This document shows positions 18,304 through 27,241 of a stretch of 64,000 bases of DNA, piece by piece (within the stretch, counting starts at the first letter, position 1; each line of letters starts with the position of its first letter). The DNA is from a phage, in the sequence record PZ452611.1; one strand, 5' to 3'. The notes under the pieces are model-generated. The model saw nothing but the letters and a program-made list of their open reading frames with translations. It was not told the DNA's origin and searched no databases. The position numbers and the translations under genes are program-made.

Positions 18304-19347
18304 TTATTTAACGTGTTTGAAAATACCTGCCAACTCGGTCATTGTCATGCGGGTGGTCTTCATAAGATCTGTCATAGCTTTCTCCATAATTGGAGATACT
18401 ACCATAAAGTTTCCTTTAGTGAAACCTTTATTCCAGTCGGTCACCAACAGTGGTTTAAGTCCAGCTCCGAGACGTTCACCAGTTAAAGCACAGCATTTGC
18501 GAATATACGAACTCTTAAATTGGCTGAACGACAGATCAACTTTCATACCTGCATCGTAGAACGTTTGACAATAGAAAGTGTAAGCCTTAGCAATCTCAAC
18601 ATCATCAGGCAGTGCAGGAACCTCTTCTGCAATCTCCTCTTCAACCTCCTGAGGCTCTTTTTCTTCTTCAGAGGTCTGTTCTTCAATTTCTTCTGTCACA
18701 GTCTCGTTTACGATGTCTGAAATGTGTTTGTTGGCTGCACGATCAGCCATGAAATTTTTAAAATCCTGCATCGGTGACATATCTTCTTCCTCTTCGTCAA
18801 ATAGTGCTAGTTTATCTTCTTCTGTCCCGTATTGCAAGATGAAATCTTCAAAAGTATAATCACCTTTCAATTTCTCCATACGCTCTTCGCTCAGGTGGAG
18901 CATCATCTGCTGGACAATTTTTCGATCAGTTTTGTCTTTAATCAGGATTGCAGTCTTTTTATCTACCAGACAGTCTTTCAGAGCATTGCACCTCAACCCT
19001 ACCACACAACAATTGTCAATTGCGTAAGGACCTTCATCATCTATACGCTCCAAAGATGGGTAGAAAGGATTTCCCAGTCCGTTCTCATCTGTGTGCATGT
19101 CGAAAGGTATAAGGGTGTAGTCGCATACCCCCTCCCCTAAAAGTTTTTTACCAAATAGGAGGTATTCTTCCCACGACAGGTCGAACTCTATATCTCGTTT
19201 CCGTGCGTTATTCTGTTTGCGTCTATATTTTTTGAGCAAGCGCTCTAACTCTTCTGGTGTATAATATTTTTCAAGATTCATGAGTTGTCTCTCGTGCTCT
19301 GTAAGTGAAGAAATCGTATCAATTGTCTCAACAGATGTCAACATCAA
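18304..19347 (-). CDS. HNH_3-like (His-Me finger) homing-endonuclease-like protein with acidic linker
   Basis: 347-aa ORF; SLERIDDEGPYAIDNCCVVGLRCNALK resembles the xRIDxxGxYxxxNxxxxxxxxN core of HNH_3 proteins, and shares RIDD-G-Y-DN with ORF 41963-42586; central poly-Glu stretch; start codon uncertain (TTG/ATG at 19347/19344). Confidence 0.45.
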   Translation of the reverse strand: MMLTSVETIDTISSLTEHERQLMNLEKYYTPEELERLLKKYRRKQNNARKRDIEFDLSWEEYLLFGKKLLGEGVCDYTLIPFDMHTDENGLGNPFYPSLERIDDEGPYAIDNCCVVGLRCNALKDCLVDKKTAILIKDKTDRKIVQQMMLHLSEERMEKLKGDYTFEDFILQYGTEEDKLALFDEEEEDMSPMQDFKNFMADRAANKHISDIVNETVTEEIEEQTSEEEKEPQEVEEEIAEEVPALPDDVEIAKAYTFYCQTFYDAGMKVDLSFSQFKSSYIRKCCALTGERLGAGLKPLLVTDWNKGFTKGNFMVVSPIMEKAMTDLMKTTRMTMTELAGIFKHVK

Positions 19348-19354
19348 AAACGTG

Positions 19355-19383
19355 TTGACTTTACTCTAAATCTCCGATATAGT
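19355..19383 (+). promoter_or_regulatory. sigma70-like promoter for + strand replication-module operon
   Basis: TTGACT - 17 nt - TATAGT about 40 nt upstream of ORF 19424 in a divergent intergenic region. Confidence 0.55.
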
Positions 19384-19423
19384 GCACCCATTCGAAAGAA
19401 AACCAACATAGGAGCACTCACTC

Positions 19424-20323
19424 ATGGCAAATCTTAACAGTTTTAGTACTCGGTGGCAACAGGATATAACAACCAATCTCTCAGCTGGAGACATCCTTTC
19501 TGCAATTTACGAGGCTTTAGATGCTAAAGCTACTTCAAAAGCGGTTTGTACCAACCCACTAATTCCTATAGTGATGAAGGTTATTGAGCGTAGATTGGTA
19601 TCTGGGTCTGATAAGTGGACATATTTAGATAATGAAGGACACACCTATTCCAACGGGTATGTCGATATAAAAGTAGAATACGCGGTATCATACCGCCGGA
19701 GCGGTTCTGTGACTTTCAACTTTTCTGGAGGTTTCCGATCTCTGGCAACTTCACCTTTTGTTTCCTCAGAAGAGAAGTTTGAACTTCCGTTCCTTTGGAT
19801 GATGGCTAACGCGACAGGAAAAACTCCCGTGAGTATTCGCGTAAAATACAACTACAACGGGTCCAGTAAGATCTATGCCGAGAGTATCTCAGCAAGTTTT
19901 TATTTTGTGATGGGAGATGGAATCCTCAAGCATATAAAGATGTGCGATATGCACGATGTTATAAATGAAGTGACTGATAAGAATGTTCTGGTGAAGGACC
20001 TCAACAATTTCTATACACCTGGGGACTATTACGTCAACCTCCCACTGTGCATCTTTAATGCCGCACACCCTTTGGGTGAATACCTGATCGTTAATAGTGA
20101 CATTGCTAACAACATTTTTGAACTGGCAAGAGTACAAAATGAGGTATTGACATCCTGCAAGAGTGGTGATAAATTCACTGATGAAGAGATGGGCGTTTTA
20201 GAAATGATGGGGTATAAATGCAGTCTTTGGGTAGATGAGGTGTTTAATGACTACATTTACGGACAGGATATTTACCCGTTAAAGAAGTATACTGATACAA
20301 GTTTAATTTATGCGGGGATTTGA
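19424..20323 (+). CDS. hypothetical protein
   Basis: 299-aa ORF, RBS aggag 8 nt upstream. Confidence 0.5.
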   Translation: MANLNSFSTRWQQDITTNLSAGDILSAIYEALDAKATSKAVCTNPLIPIVMKVIERRLVSGSDKWTYLDNEGHTYSNGYVDIKVEYAVSYRRSGSVTFNFSGGFRSLATSPFVSSEEKFELPFLWMMANATGKTPVSIRVKYNYNGSSKIYAESISASFYFVMGDGILKHIKMCDMHDVINEVTDKNVLVKDLNNFYTPGDYYVNLPLCIFNAAHPLGEYLIVNSDIANNIFELARVQNEVLTSCKSGDKFTDEEMGVLEMMGYKCSLWVDEVFNDYIYGQDIYPLKKYTDTSLIYAGI

Positions 20324-20598
20324 CTATGATGAAGGCATGTGGTAATGTATATTACGTCGGTGAGCATGTTCAGGCAGACAGTGTGTGGAAATCTATTAAG
20401 TCCACCACTGACGATGCCTTTCTGAGCGGGTTATGTTTTCCCAGCCCAGGGGACACTCTCCCTTACCCTGGAGATTTTGTTGTCAACAAGATGGACGGTT
20501 ATACCGTGTGCCTGATGGTTGAAAAAATCTTTTTAGACACTAGACACAATCACCGTCTTGTGTTAAAATTTCAAGAATGTAAAATGACAATTGCCTAA
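20320..20598 (+). CDS. hypothetical protein
   Basis: 92-aa ORF with ATGA start/stop overlap with upstream gene. Confidence 0.4.
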   Translation: MTMMKACGNVYYVGEHVQADSVWKSIKSTTDDAFLSGLCFPSPGDTLPYPGDFVVNKMDGYTVCLMVEKIFLDTRHNHRLVLKFQECKMTIA

Positions 20599-20611
20599 GG
20601 AGACCTTACCG

Positions 20612-20968
20612 ATGTCTAAAGTTACTTATCGTGCAGCTATTTACTGCAATGAACACCCAATCAATAATGATGGTCACTGCCTTTTTAAAGAAAATCAGTT
20701 GGGCTGTATTGTCCTCCCTGATGAAGGGGAAGGTTATCTGATTGCATTGACAGGGTTTGAGCCTGAAGCTCTGGAAGCCAATCTGGACTACCTGGTAGAA
20801 GAGGGTGCTGCAGACCTGGTTGCCAATGGCCTCCCCGTAAGCCTTGACGAAGTGGAGCGCTTCATGGGTAATTACCGTGTAGTGCGTGAGTTTACTATTG
20901 AGGTTGAAACTCCAGAGTGGGGCAGCCCTGAAACTAATGTCGAAGAAAAAGAAGAGGAGGTAGAATAA
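20612..20968 (+). CDS. hypothetical acidic protein
   Basis: ORF 20591-20968; ATG at 20612 preceded by AAGGAG chosen over the upstream TTG. Confidence 0.45.
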   Translation: MSKVTYRAAIYCNEHPINNDGHCLFKENQLGCIVLPDEGEGYLIALTGFEPEALEANLDYLVEEGAADLVANGLPVSLDEVERFMGNYRVVREFTIEVETPEWGSPETNVEEKEEEVE

Positions 20969-21225
20969 TGAAAGTGCAGATCTTGACTAATGCCGAGAAG
21001 ATGTTTATTGAAGATACACCTTTTGAAGCTGGTGAGCTACAGTTTGTTTATTTTGTTGACTTAGATAAGGTGTTTCCTGCACTGAATCTGGGTCTGGATG
21101 AAGTTCCTCATAAGGTTTTGTGCCAAGTTGTTCGTGCCTTAGCGGCAGATGGAGAGTTCCACACCCTTCAAGATATCCAGACCTACGGGTATCTTGAACT
21201 ACAACGAGAAGAAGAGGTGGACTGA
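20968..21225 (+). CDS. hypothetical protein
   Basis: 85-aa ORF, RBS gaggag upstream. Confidence 0.45.
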   Translation: MKVQILTNAEKMFIEDTPFEAGELQFVYFVDLDKVFPALNLGLDEVPHKVLCQVVRALAADGEFHTLQDIQTYGYLELQREEEVD

Positions 21226-21227
21226 TA

Positions 21228-21608
21228 ATGGCCCGGTGGAAGACAACAGTTGACCTGCATGATCAGTGGTTAGGACGCATCACTGAAGACGGGAAACTAG
21301 TGGAGTGGGACAATAAGCATGTTAGCGAGTTGGCAAGCATTGTGGCTGGCAAGTTACGCTCCAAGTTCCCTGAACAACTGGATCCTGATAGTTCAAAGTT
21401 CGATCCTGAGTTGGAGGATGTTGTATACTACTTCGACACCGTTGATGACTACGACGCGTGGTTTGCAGCACGGGAGCTTTACCCACAAGGCTCTGCTATG
21501 CGTCAGATGGAAGAAGATTATCCTCCGTGTGAGCAATTCAATAGTGCAATGACTTGCCTCTATGATTGGGCAGATAAGAACCTTGTCTGGATTCGGACTG
21601 CATTTTAG
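21228..21608 (+). CDS. hypothetical protein
   Basis: 126-aa ORF. Confidence 0.45.
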   Translation: MARWKTTVDLHDQWLGRITEDGKLVEWDNKHVSELASIVAGKLRSKFPEQLDPDSSKFDPELEDVVYYFDTVDDYDAWFAARELYPQGSAMRQMEEDYPPCEQFNSAMTCLYDWADKNLVWIRTAF

Positions 21609-21652
21609 TGGGCAGGAATGGCGGCAAGGATGCTGCTTAAGGAGTAGTAGAG

Positions 21653-21922
21653 ATGTTATACCAGCAATATGAACTTCGTGCAGAAAAAGAGTTAAATTTT
21701 GACAAAGATATTCACAGATATTATTATGGGAAAGTTAGAGGGCAAGCAAGAAAGTGTACTCCAACACTCTTTTATGCCAGCAGACGACTAGCGCCAGAAG
21801 AGGCAACAGCAGAAAGGGTTGCGTACAACTGGAGAGTCACGTATGATATTGACAGATCCGATGTGATATCTGTTTTGGAAAACTTTGAAAACACTTACAC
21901 ACAAGTAGAGGACTTTTACTAA
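21653..21922 (+). CDS. hypothetical protein
   Basis: 89-aa ORF, RBS aaggag upstream. Confidence 0.45.
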   Translation: MLYQQYELRAEKELNFDKDIHRYYYGKVRGQARKCTPTLFYASRRLAPEEATAERVAYNWRVTYDIDRSDVISVLENFENTYTQVEDFY

Positions 21923-23106
21923 TGTCAAGAAACGTATTCGAAAGTGGTCAAATCACTGTCCGTGAGTTGCCAGCTATTATTCAGTTTGCCCAACGTCATA
22001 GCCGATCTGTCCTAATTTTGGGACCAATGGGTGTGGGTAAAAGCCAGGTGATGAAGCAGATCGCTGATAATATGTTCGGTGAGCGAGATGACAACCTTGT
22101 TGACGTGCGACTGTCAGATAAAGATCCTGCCGACTTATCTGGGCTACCTATCCCTGTAGAAGCGGATGGAACTACACGTACAGTGTTTGCAATTCCAGAA
22201 TTTTGGCCTGCGGATCCTGACTGGAGCGGAATTATCTTTCTGGATGAGCTCACTCATGCAGATAACTACCTGCAAAAGGTTGCAATGCAAATTATGCTTG
22301 ACCACAAGTGCGGTACCTATGCATTCCCTAAGGGTTCTGTTTTTGTGGCTGCTGGTAACCGTTCTACAGATGGTGCGGTTCTTTCGGCGCTCGAAGCCCC
22401 TCTGGCTAACCGTTTTATCATTGTAGAGGTTACAAGCAATGCAGAGGTGTTTATTGAGGACTACGCATTCCTTAATGGGGTGCACTCCTCTGTAATTGGA
22501 TATCTGAAAAGAGTTCCATCAGCTATCGATAATTATGAGGCCATGGCTGAGATTAATTGTCCATCTTTTGCCACACCGCGATCTTGGGTTGCTGCATCTG
22601 ATATCTTGCACGATTTTGACAGCGGTATTATTTCTGACGCTATGGCCCGTGTTCTTCTGCAAGGTGCTATTGGTCACACTGCAGCGGTAGAGATCTGGAC
22701 TTACCACACCAAGAAACGCAACTTACCGGAAATCGGTCGGATTATGGCAGGAGGTTGCAAAGAATACGTAGGTCCTAAACAGCCAGACATCTTGTGGATT
22801 CTTGGATCTGAAGGTTGCATCGCTATTCGTAATATGATGGAAAATGCAAGTATCTCCGACGAAGATCTTGTTAGCTGTGTGGCAAACTTTCTCGATTTCC
22901 TTTGGGAAAACTTCAAGGACGAGAACCGAGATTTTGTATTTTCAGTCTTTATGGCGATGATGAAACCTAATGCCTTAGGAAATGCCTTGCTTATCGGTAA
23001 AGGTCGTGACAAGATCGTTGCTCAGCTGATCAAAGCATACCCAAACCTGATGAAGATTGTAAAAGAGTTTGGTGAAGAGTTTAGCGCCATTTTGGCTAAA
23101 GCTTAA
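21922..23106 (+). CDS. AAA+ ATPase, MoxR/CbbQ-like
   Basis: 394-aa ORF; Walker A LILGPMGVGKSQ, Walker B IIFLDELTHA, downstream sensor/Arg-finger-like region (AAGNRSTDGAVL); size and motif spacing typical of MoxR-class ATPases. Confidence 0.65.
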   Translation: MSRNVFESGQITVRELPAIIQFAQRHSRSVLILGPMGVGKSQVMKQIADNMFGERDDNLVDVRLSDKDPADLSGLPIPVEADGTTRTVFAIPEFWPADPDWSGIIFLDELTHADNYLQKVAMQIMLDHKCGTYAFPKGSVFVAAGNRSTDGAVLSALEAPLANRFIIVEVTSNAEVFIEDYAFLNGVHSSVIGYLKRVPSAIDNYEAMAEINCPSFATPRSWVAASDILHDFDSGIISDAMARVLLQGAIGHTAAVEIWTYHTKKRNLPEIGRIMAGGCKEYVGPKQPDILWILGSEGCIAIRNMMENASISDEDLVSCVANFLDFLWENFKDENRDFVFSVFMAMMKPNALGNALLIGKGRDKIVAQLIKAYPNLMKIVKEFGEEFSAILAKA

Positions 23107-23115
23107 GGAGGTTGT

Positions 23116-23496
23116 ATGGCTAAAGTAGGTAAGCGGGGAAACTACCTGGTGGTATTGACCGAGGAGCCGGAGAAGGAGTACGAATGCAGCTCCACTTGCG
23201 TGATCGATATCCGAGAAAAAGATGTAGATGAAATCTGGTTTAAAATATTGGACGCTTGCGACAGCAGTGATTATTTCTTCATCTATGTCAACGATAAGGC
23301 TGGGTTCTTCCATGACGACGGAGAGTTGCCGTATGAAATCTATGAACTTGTAGAGGCTTGCCATCGTGGAGATGCGGAGTTGTTTGGCTTACGGCTGAAA
23401 AGCGGTAAATTCTTCTATCAAGATGAGTGCATGAATCTTCATAACTTTGTAGAGGGAACTTGCAACGATGGAGAGATTTTGGCACACTACGATTAA
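23116..23496 (+). CDS. hypothetical protein
   Basis: 126-aa ORF, RBS aaggagg upstream. Confidence 0.45.
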   Translation: MAKVGKRGNYLVVLTEEPEKEYECSSTCVIDIREKDVDEIWFKILDACDSSDYFFIYVNDKAGFFHDDGELPYEIYELVEACHRGDAELFGLRLKSGKFFYQDECMNLHNFVEGTCNDGEILAHYD

Positions 23497-23509
23497 TTTC
23501 TAAGACCTC

Positions 23510-23536
23510 CCCCGCTTCGGCGGGGATTTTCTATTT
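23510..23536 (+). terminator. putative intrinsic terminator
   Basis: CCCCGC-ttcg-GCGGGG tetraloop hairpin followed by ATTTTCTATTT. Confidence 0.6.
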
Positions 23537-23545
23537 GGAGTTATT

Positions 23546-24046
23546 GTGAAAATTAAGATCTTTGCTATTATTTTGAGCGCATTTTTATCGCTGCCTGTTG
23601 TTGCAGCACCAAAACAAAAAGTATACCATACTTGCAAGCCATCAGATACTAAGGAAAACATTCTAGCATGCAATATCTACAGGGAAGCTAGAGGGGATGG
23701 CACGATGGGTATGCTGGCATCTGGGTTTGCCACCCTAAACAGGAAATCTCACCCCAAATACCCAGACACCATAAGAAAGATTGTCTACCAACCTAACCAG
23801 TTTTCGTGGACAAACCACGGCAAAACTTTTAAGGTGACAGAAAAAGATTCATGGGATCACGCTAAAAGTCTTGCAAAGATGCTTCTAAAGGTCTATAATA
23901 ACAACCATGTTGCATACATGGCTATGGACATAACAGGTGGAGCAACACACTACCATACAACCAAAGTACGACCGAAATGGGCAAAAAAGATGCAGAGGAC
24001 AGCTCAATTCGGGAGCCATATCTACTACAAGGAGCGCAATAAATGA
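23546..24046 (+). CDS. SleB-like cell-wall hydrolase with N-terminal signal peptide
   Basis: 166-aa ORF (GTG start after ggag); N-terminal MKIKIFAIILSAFLSLPVVAAP signal-like segment; NIYREARGDG...LNRKSHPKYPDTIRKIVYQPNQFSW matches the conserved core of the SleB/Hydrolase_2 family. Confidence 0.55.
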   Translation: MKIKIFAIILSAFLSLPVVAAPKQKVYHTCKPSDTKENILACNIYREARGDGTMGMLASGFATLNRKSHPKYPDTIRKIVYQPNQFSWTNHGKTFKVTEKDSWDHAKSLAKMLLKVYNNNHVAYMAMDITGGATHYHTTKVRPKWAKKMQRTAQFGSHIYYKERNK

Positions 24047-26025
24047 TTGTAAACAGTAATGAAACTAAAGCAGTGCTAACCGGAAATATGGAGGTCACCA
24101 GGGGCTCAATTTCTCTTAACAAAGAGACTTTTGGGCTAATCATTAAAGGGATTTACGAAGATAAGGTGCTGGCAAGCTGCCGTGAACCAATCTTCAATGC
24201 TGTGGACTCTCATGTTGAGTCTGGACGGGGTGATGTGCCGATCATTATTCACTCTCCTACAGACCTTGAACCATACTTCTTTGTGCAGGACGTTGGATTG
24301 GGCATGTCAGAAGAGATGGTCCGCAACACTTTCATGAACCTCGGTGAGTCAACCAAGCGCAACAGCAACGCTCTGGTTGGCAATAAAGGTGTTGGTTCAA
24401 AGGCTCCGTTCAGCATGGTGGACACTTTCGATGTTATCAGTGTGCACAATGGTATTGAAAGCACATATCTATTGTTCTTGGATCAGGGTATCCCAAACGT
24501 TACCAAGATCCGCGAGCGGAAGACTGAAGAGCACAACGGGGTAAAAGTTCAGTTCCATGTTAAGAAAGAGCATGTCCTGAAATATCGCACTGCTATTGCA
24601 TCGTGCTTACGCTATGCGAAGTTTCCGTTCATCGTCACCGATCCCATGACCAGTAAGATGTTAGAAGGTGACAAGGTTGAGGCACAGTATCATTACGAGA
24701 AGGATGGCTGGAAAATGACCATCCTGAAAGGTTATACCAGTTCTGATGAGAGCCGTGTTGTGATGGGTCACCAACCTTACCGCTCCAAGTTCCTGGAGAC
24801 ATTGACCGATTACCCTGCAATCTGCGTGGAAATTCCTATTGGGGATTGCAATATTAACCCTGGGCGTGAATGGACCATAGAGGGCCATGACGACGGTGGA
24901 TTCCAGGATCGCCTGGAGGCATTTGTCAAAGAAGGTATACGTCTTCGCGGGGCAGAAGTTGTTGCAGAACTGGAGACGGCAAAAACCTCCGCAGAAGCAC
25001 GTGAAATGATGAAGAATAGTGGAGTGTTCGGACACATCTTCGGCAAGAACTTTATGTGGAACCGTTGGGAAGAAACAGGGCTTGGCGACTTAGGCGATTG
25101 TGAAATTTTCGCTGGCGGCTTAAATAAAGGCCGCATAGGCTATGCTCGTTACGGAAAGTCGGAGTTCTTACGAGGTGTATACCTTGTATTTAACGACGGA
25201 GACGGCAAATATAACCGGAATAAGTGTAACTACTTAAGCGAGATCACCGGACGCAACGTTTTCTATTGCCGGAACACGGATCTGGTGAAAGAGTTTAAAG
25301 AGGCGGCACACCATCCGTTCTTTGCAGATACGGTCAAATTGTTATCGGAGCTTCCACGCCGACCTGCGAAGAAAGGTGAAACCAAAACTCGTTACGAGCC
25401 AGGCTACTGGGTTAAGAAGCTTAGAGAGGATGGCTACTTCCATCGTGAGCGCCTCACGAAGGCAGAGTTCAAGAAGATTAAGCATTGCATCCCTTATGAG
25501 GGGGATATCCAACGGGGAAGCTGCTGGCTGGGCCAGATGAGTAACATCTACCAGCAAAATTATGACCGTGTGCGTGCTGCACTCCAGATTCCTGAAGGTG
25601 AAGATCTGTACCTGGTATCAGAATCTCGTCTGCTTTGGACTGATCCTGATTGCCAGTATGTTACAGAGAAGAATGTGGAACATTTGTTGAAAGAGGATGC
25701 TTGGAAATTCTTACTGACTCGCGCAGCAAATGAAACTTCATATGACAGCCTGTATAGACAATTAGGGAAAATTATCCCCATGCAGGATTTTGGAAATTAT
25801 CGGCCACATTTCCACAAGTGGGAAGGTAACACCGCGTGGAAGCACAGTGAGCTAAATCATCGTGCCAAAATCTTAATCGCCAACCGGGTTAAGTGCGGGA
25901 AGGCCTATATTGCAAGATTGGAAAAGAAATATCCACTTTTGAAGCATGTGGGCTTGAAATATTGGGACACTCCTGCTATGATTGAATACCGTGAACTGAT
26001 CGATACAAAGAATAACATCAAATAA
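24043..26025 (+). CDS. rIIA: rIIA-like protein
   Basis: 660-aa ORF; N-terminal GHKL/HATPase-like region (REPIFNAVDSH...DVGLGM...GNKGVGSKAPFSMVDTF) with the layout recalled for phage T4 rIIA; immediately followed by an rIIB-like gene. Confidence 0.7.
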   Translation: MIVNSNETKAVLTGNMEVTRGSISLNKETFGLIIKGIYEDKVLASCREPIFNAVDSHVESGRGDVPIIIHSPTDLEPYFFVQDVGLGMSEEMVRNTFMNLGESTKRNSNALVGNKGVGSKAPFSMVDTFDVISVHNGIESTYLLFLDQGIPNVTKIRERKTEEHNGVKVQFHVKKEHVLKYRTAIASCLRYAKFPFIVTDPMTSKMLEGDKVEAQYHYEKDGWKMTILKGYTSSDESRVVMGHQPYRSKFLETLTDYPAICVEIPIGDCNINPGREWTIEGHDDGGFQDRLEAFVKEGIRLRGAEVVAELETAKTSAEAREMMKNSGVFGHIFGKNFMWNRWEETGLGDLGDCEIFAGGLNKGRIGYARYGKSEFLRGVYLVFNDGDGKYNRNKCNYLSEITGRNVFYCRNTDLVKEFKEAAHHPFFADTVKLLSELPRRPAKKGETKTRYEPGYWVKKLREDGYFHRERLTKAEFKKIKHCIPYEGDIQRGSCWLGQMSNIYQQNYDRVRAALQIPEGEDLYLVSESRLLWTDPDCQYVTEKNVEHLLKEDAWKFLLTRAANETSYDSLYRQLGKIIPMQDFGNYRPHFHKWEGNTAWKHSELNHRAKILIANRVKCGKAYIARLEKKYPLLKHVGLKYWDTPAMIEYRELIDTKNNIK

Positions 26026-26035
26026 GGAGACCAAG

Positions 26036-27241
26036 ATGATTTTCATCTACGAACATTTCAAAACCCGTAAAGAAGCACGAGACCGCCGTGCAGAACTTGA
26101 GAAGAAGGGTTTCACATGTGCCATTGAGAAAGGCGACACAACCTGGACACTGGCAGTTGGTGCCCCAGAGTTGTTCGATCCTGACCGTGACAGCGTCTGC
26201 TACACCCGTGAGGATTTTGAAACCCGCGAAGAGGCCCGTTTATTTCGATACGGTCTGGAAGATAACGGTAAGTACGCTATGATCTTAGATTTAGGCGAAG
26301 GTTCCGTTAAACGTTGGGGCGTGGTATACCCACTGTGTGTTGTTCACGGTGTGGGGTTCACTGGGGTAGCAATCAAGTCAGAAGAACCTTTAGTAGAAGT
26401 CAAAGATCCGGTGCTGGAGGTGGTGAGCAGTGTGTCTCAGCAACAGACTCGAAGCATCGAGCCTTTGGTAGTTATTTGTGGTGAACTCCTCCAGATCACC
26501 TGCAACGAAGGCATTTTTGAAATTCGCCGCAGCGAAAGTGAGGAAGTTTACCAGAAAGTCTTCGACCATATCTCTGTTCAGGAATATGATGAGGCAATTG
26601 GTGAAATCCTTGTCTGGCTGGAACGCAAGAATGAGTTCACCACACTTGCAGACAACCTGATCATGAAAGATGGTAAGCTCTACTACTACGGTGTAGAGAT
26701 GCGATCCACCATTGCAAAGAAAATTGAGAAAGATTATGCAGACGGAACGCTGGATGACCGCTATGTGAAATTCCTCGTTCGCCTGCTACGCAATCCTTCT
26801 GCAAAATCTGTAAACATGCTCTACGATTTTATGCAGGCCAACGATATCCAGATTGCAGAAGATGGTCGAATCATTTGCTACAAAGGGGTTCAGTTTAACG
26901 GCAGCAAGTGGGTGGATTGGCACAGTGGTAAAGTTCCACAATACCAGGGTGCTTTTGTATCCATGCCTCGTAACTTTGTAGAGGATGATCCGGAAGCTGC
27001 GTGCTCCTATGGCTTACACTGCGCCAGCAAAGAGTATGCAAAGAGCTACGGCACTGTAATGACTGTTATGGTTGATCCTGCAGATGTGGTTAGTGTGCCA
27101 TACCAACACAATAGCGCTAAGTGCCGTGCATGCCGCTATGAGATTGTGGTAGCTCCGGAAGCACGCAAAGATGGAGACCCTATTGAATATGTAGTTGATC
27201 GTGACGGTAACACTATCGACATTCTTTACGAGGAGGCGTAA
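26036..27241 (+). CDS. rIIB: rIIB-like protein
   Basis: 401-aa ORF; C-terminal segments LYDFMQANDIQIAEDG, GLHCASKEYA and VDPADVVSVPYQHNSAKCRACRYEIV parallel conserved rIIB blocks as recalled from T4 rIIB. Confidence 0.7.
   Translation: MIFIYEHFKTRKEARDRRAELEKKGFTCAIEKGDTTWTLAVGAPELFDPDRDSVCYTREDFETREEARLFRYGLEDNGKYAMILDLGEGSVKRWGVVYPLCVVHGVGFTGVAIKSEEPLVEVKDPVLEVVSSVSQQQTRSIEPLVVICGELLQITCNEGIFEIRRSESEEVYQKVFDHISVQEYDEAIGEILVWLERKNEFTTLADNLIMKDGKLYYYGVEMRSTIAKKIEKDYADGTLDDRYVKFLVRLLRNPSAKSVNMLYDFMQANDIQIAEDGRIICYKGVQFNGSKWVDWHSGKVPQYQGAFVSMPRNFVEDDPEAACSYGLHCASKEYAKSYGTVMTVMVDPADVVSVPYQHNSAKCRACRYEIVVAPEARKDGDPIEYVVDRDGNTIDILYEEA

Noticed and set aside
24043-26025. Histidine kinase or gyrase B-like ATPase call for the 660-aa ORF
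   Set aside because: The GHKL-like motif is present, but overall layout and the adjacent rIIB-like gene favour rIIA; no kinase dimerisation/His-phosphotransfer or Toprim region seen.
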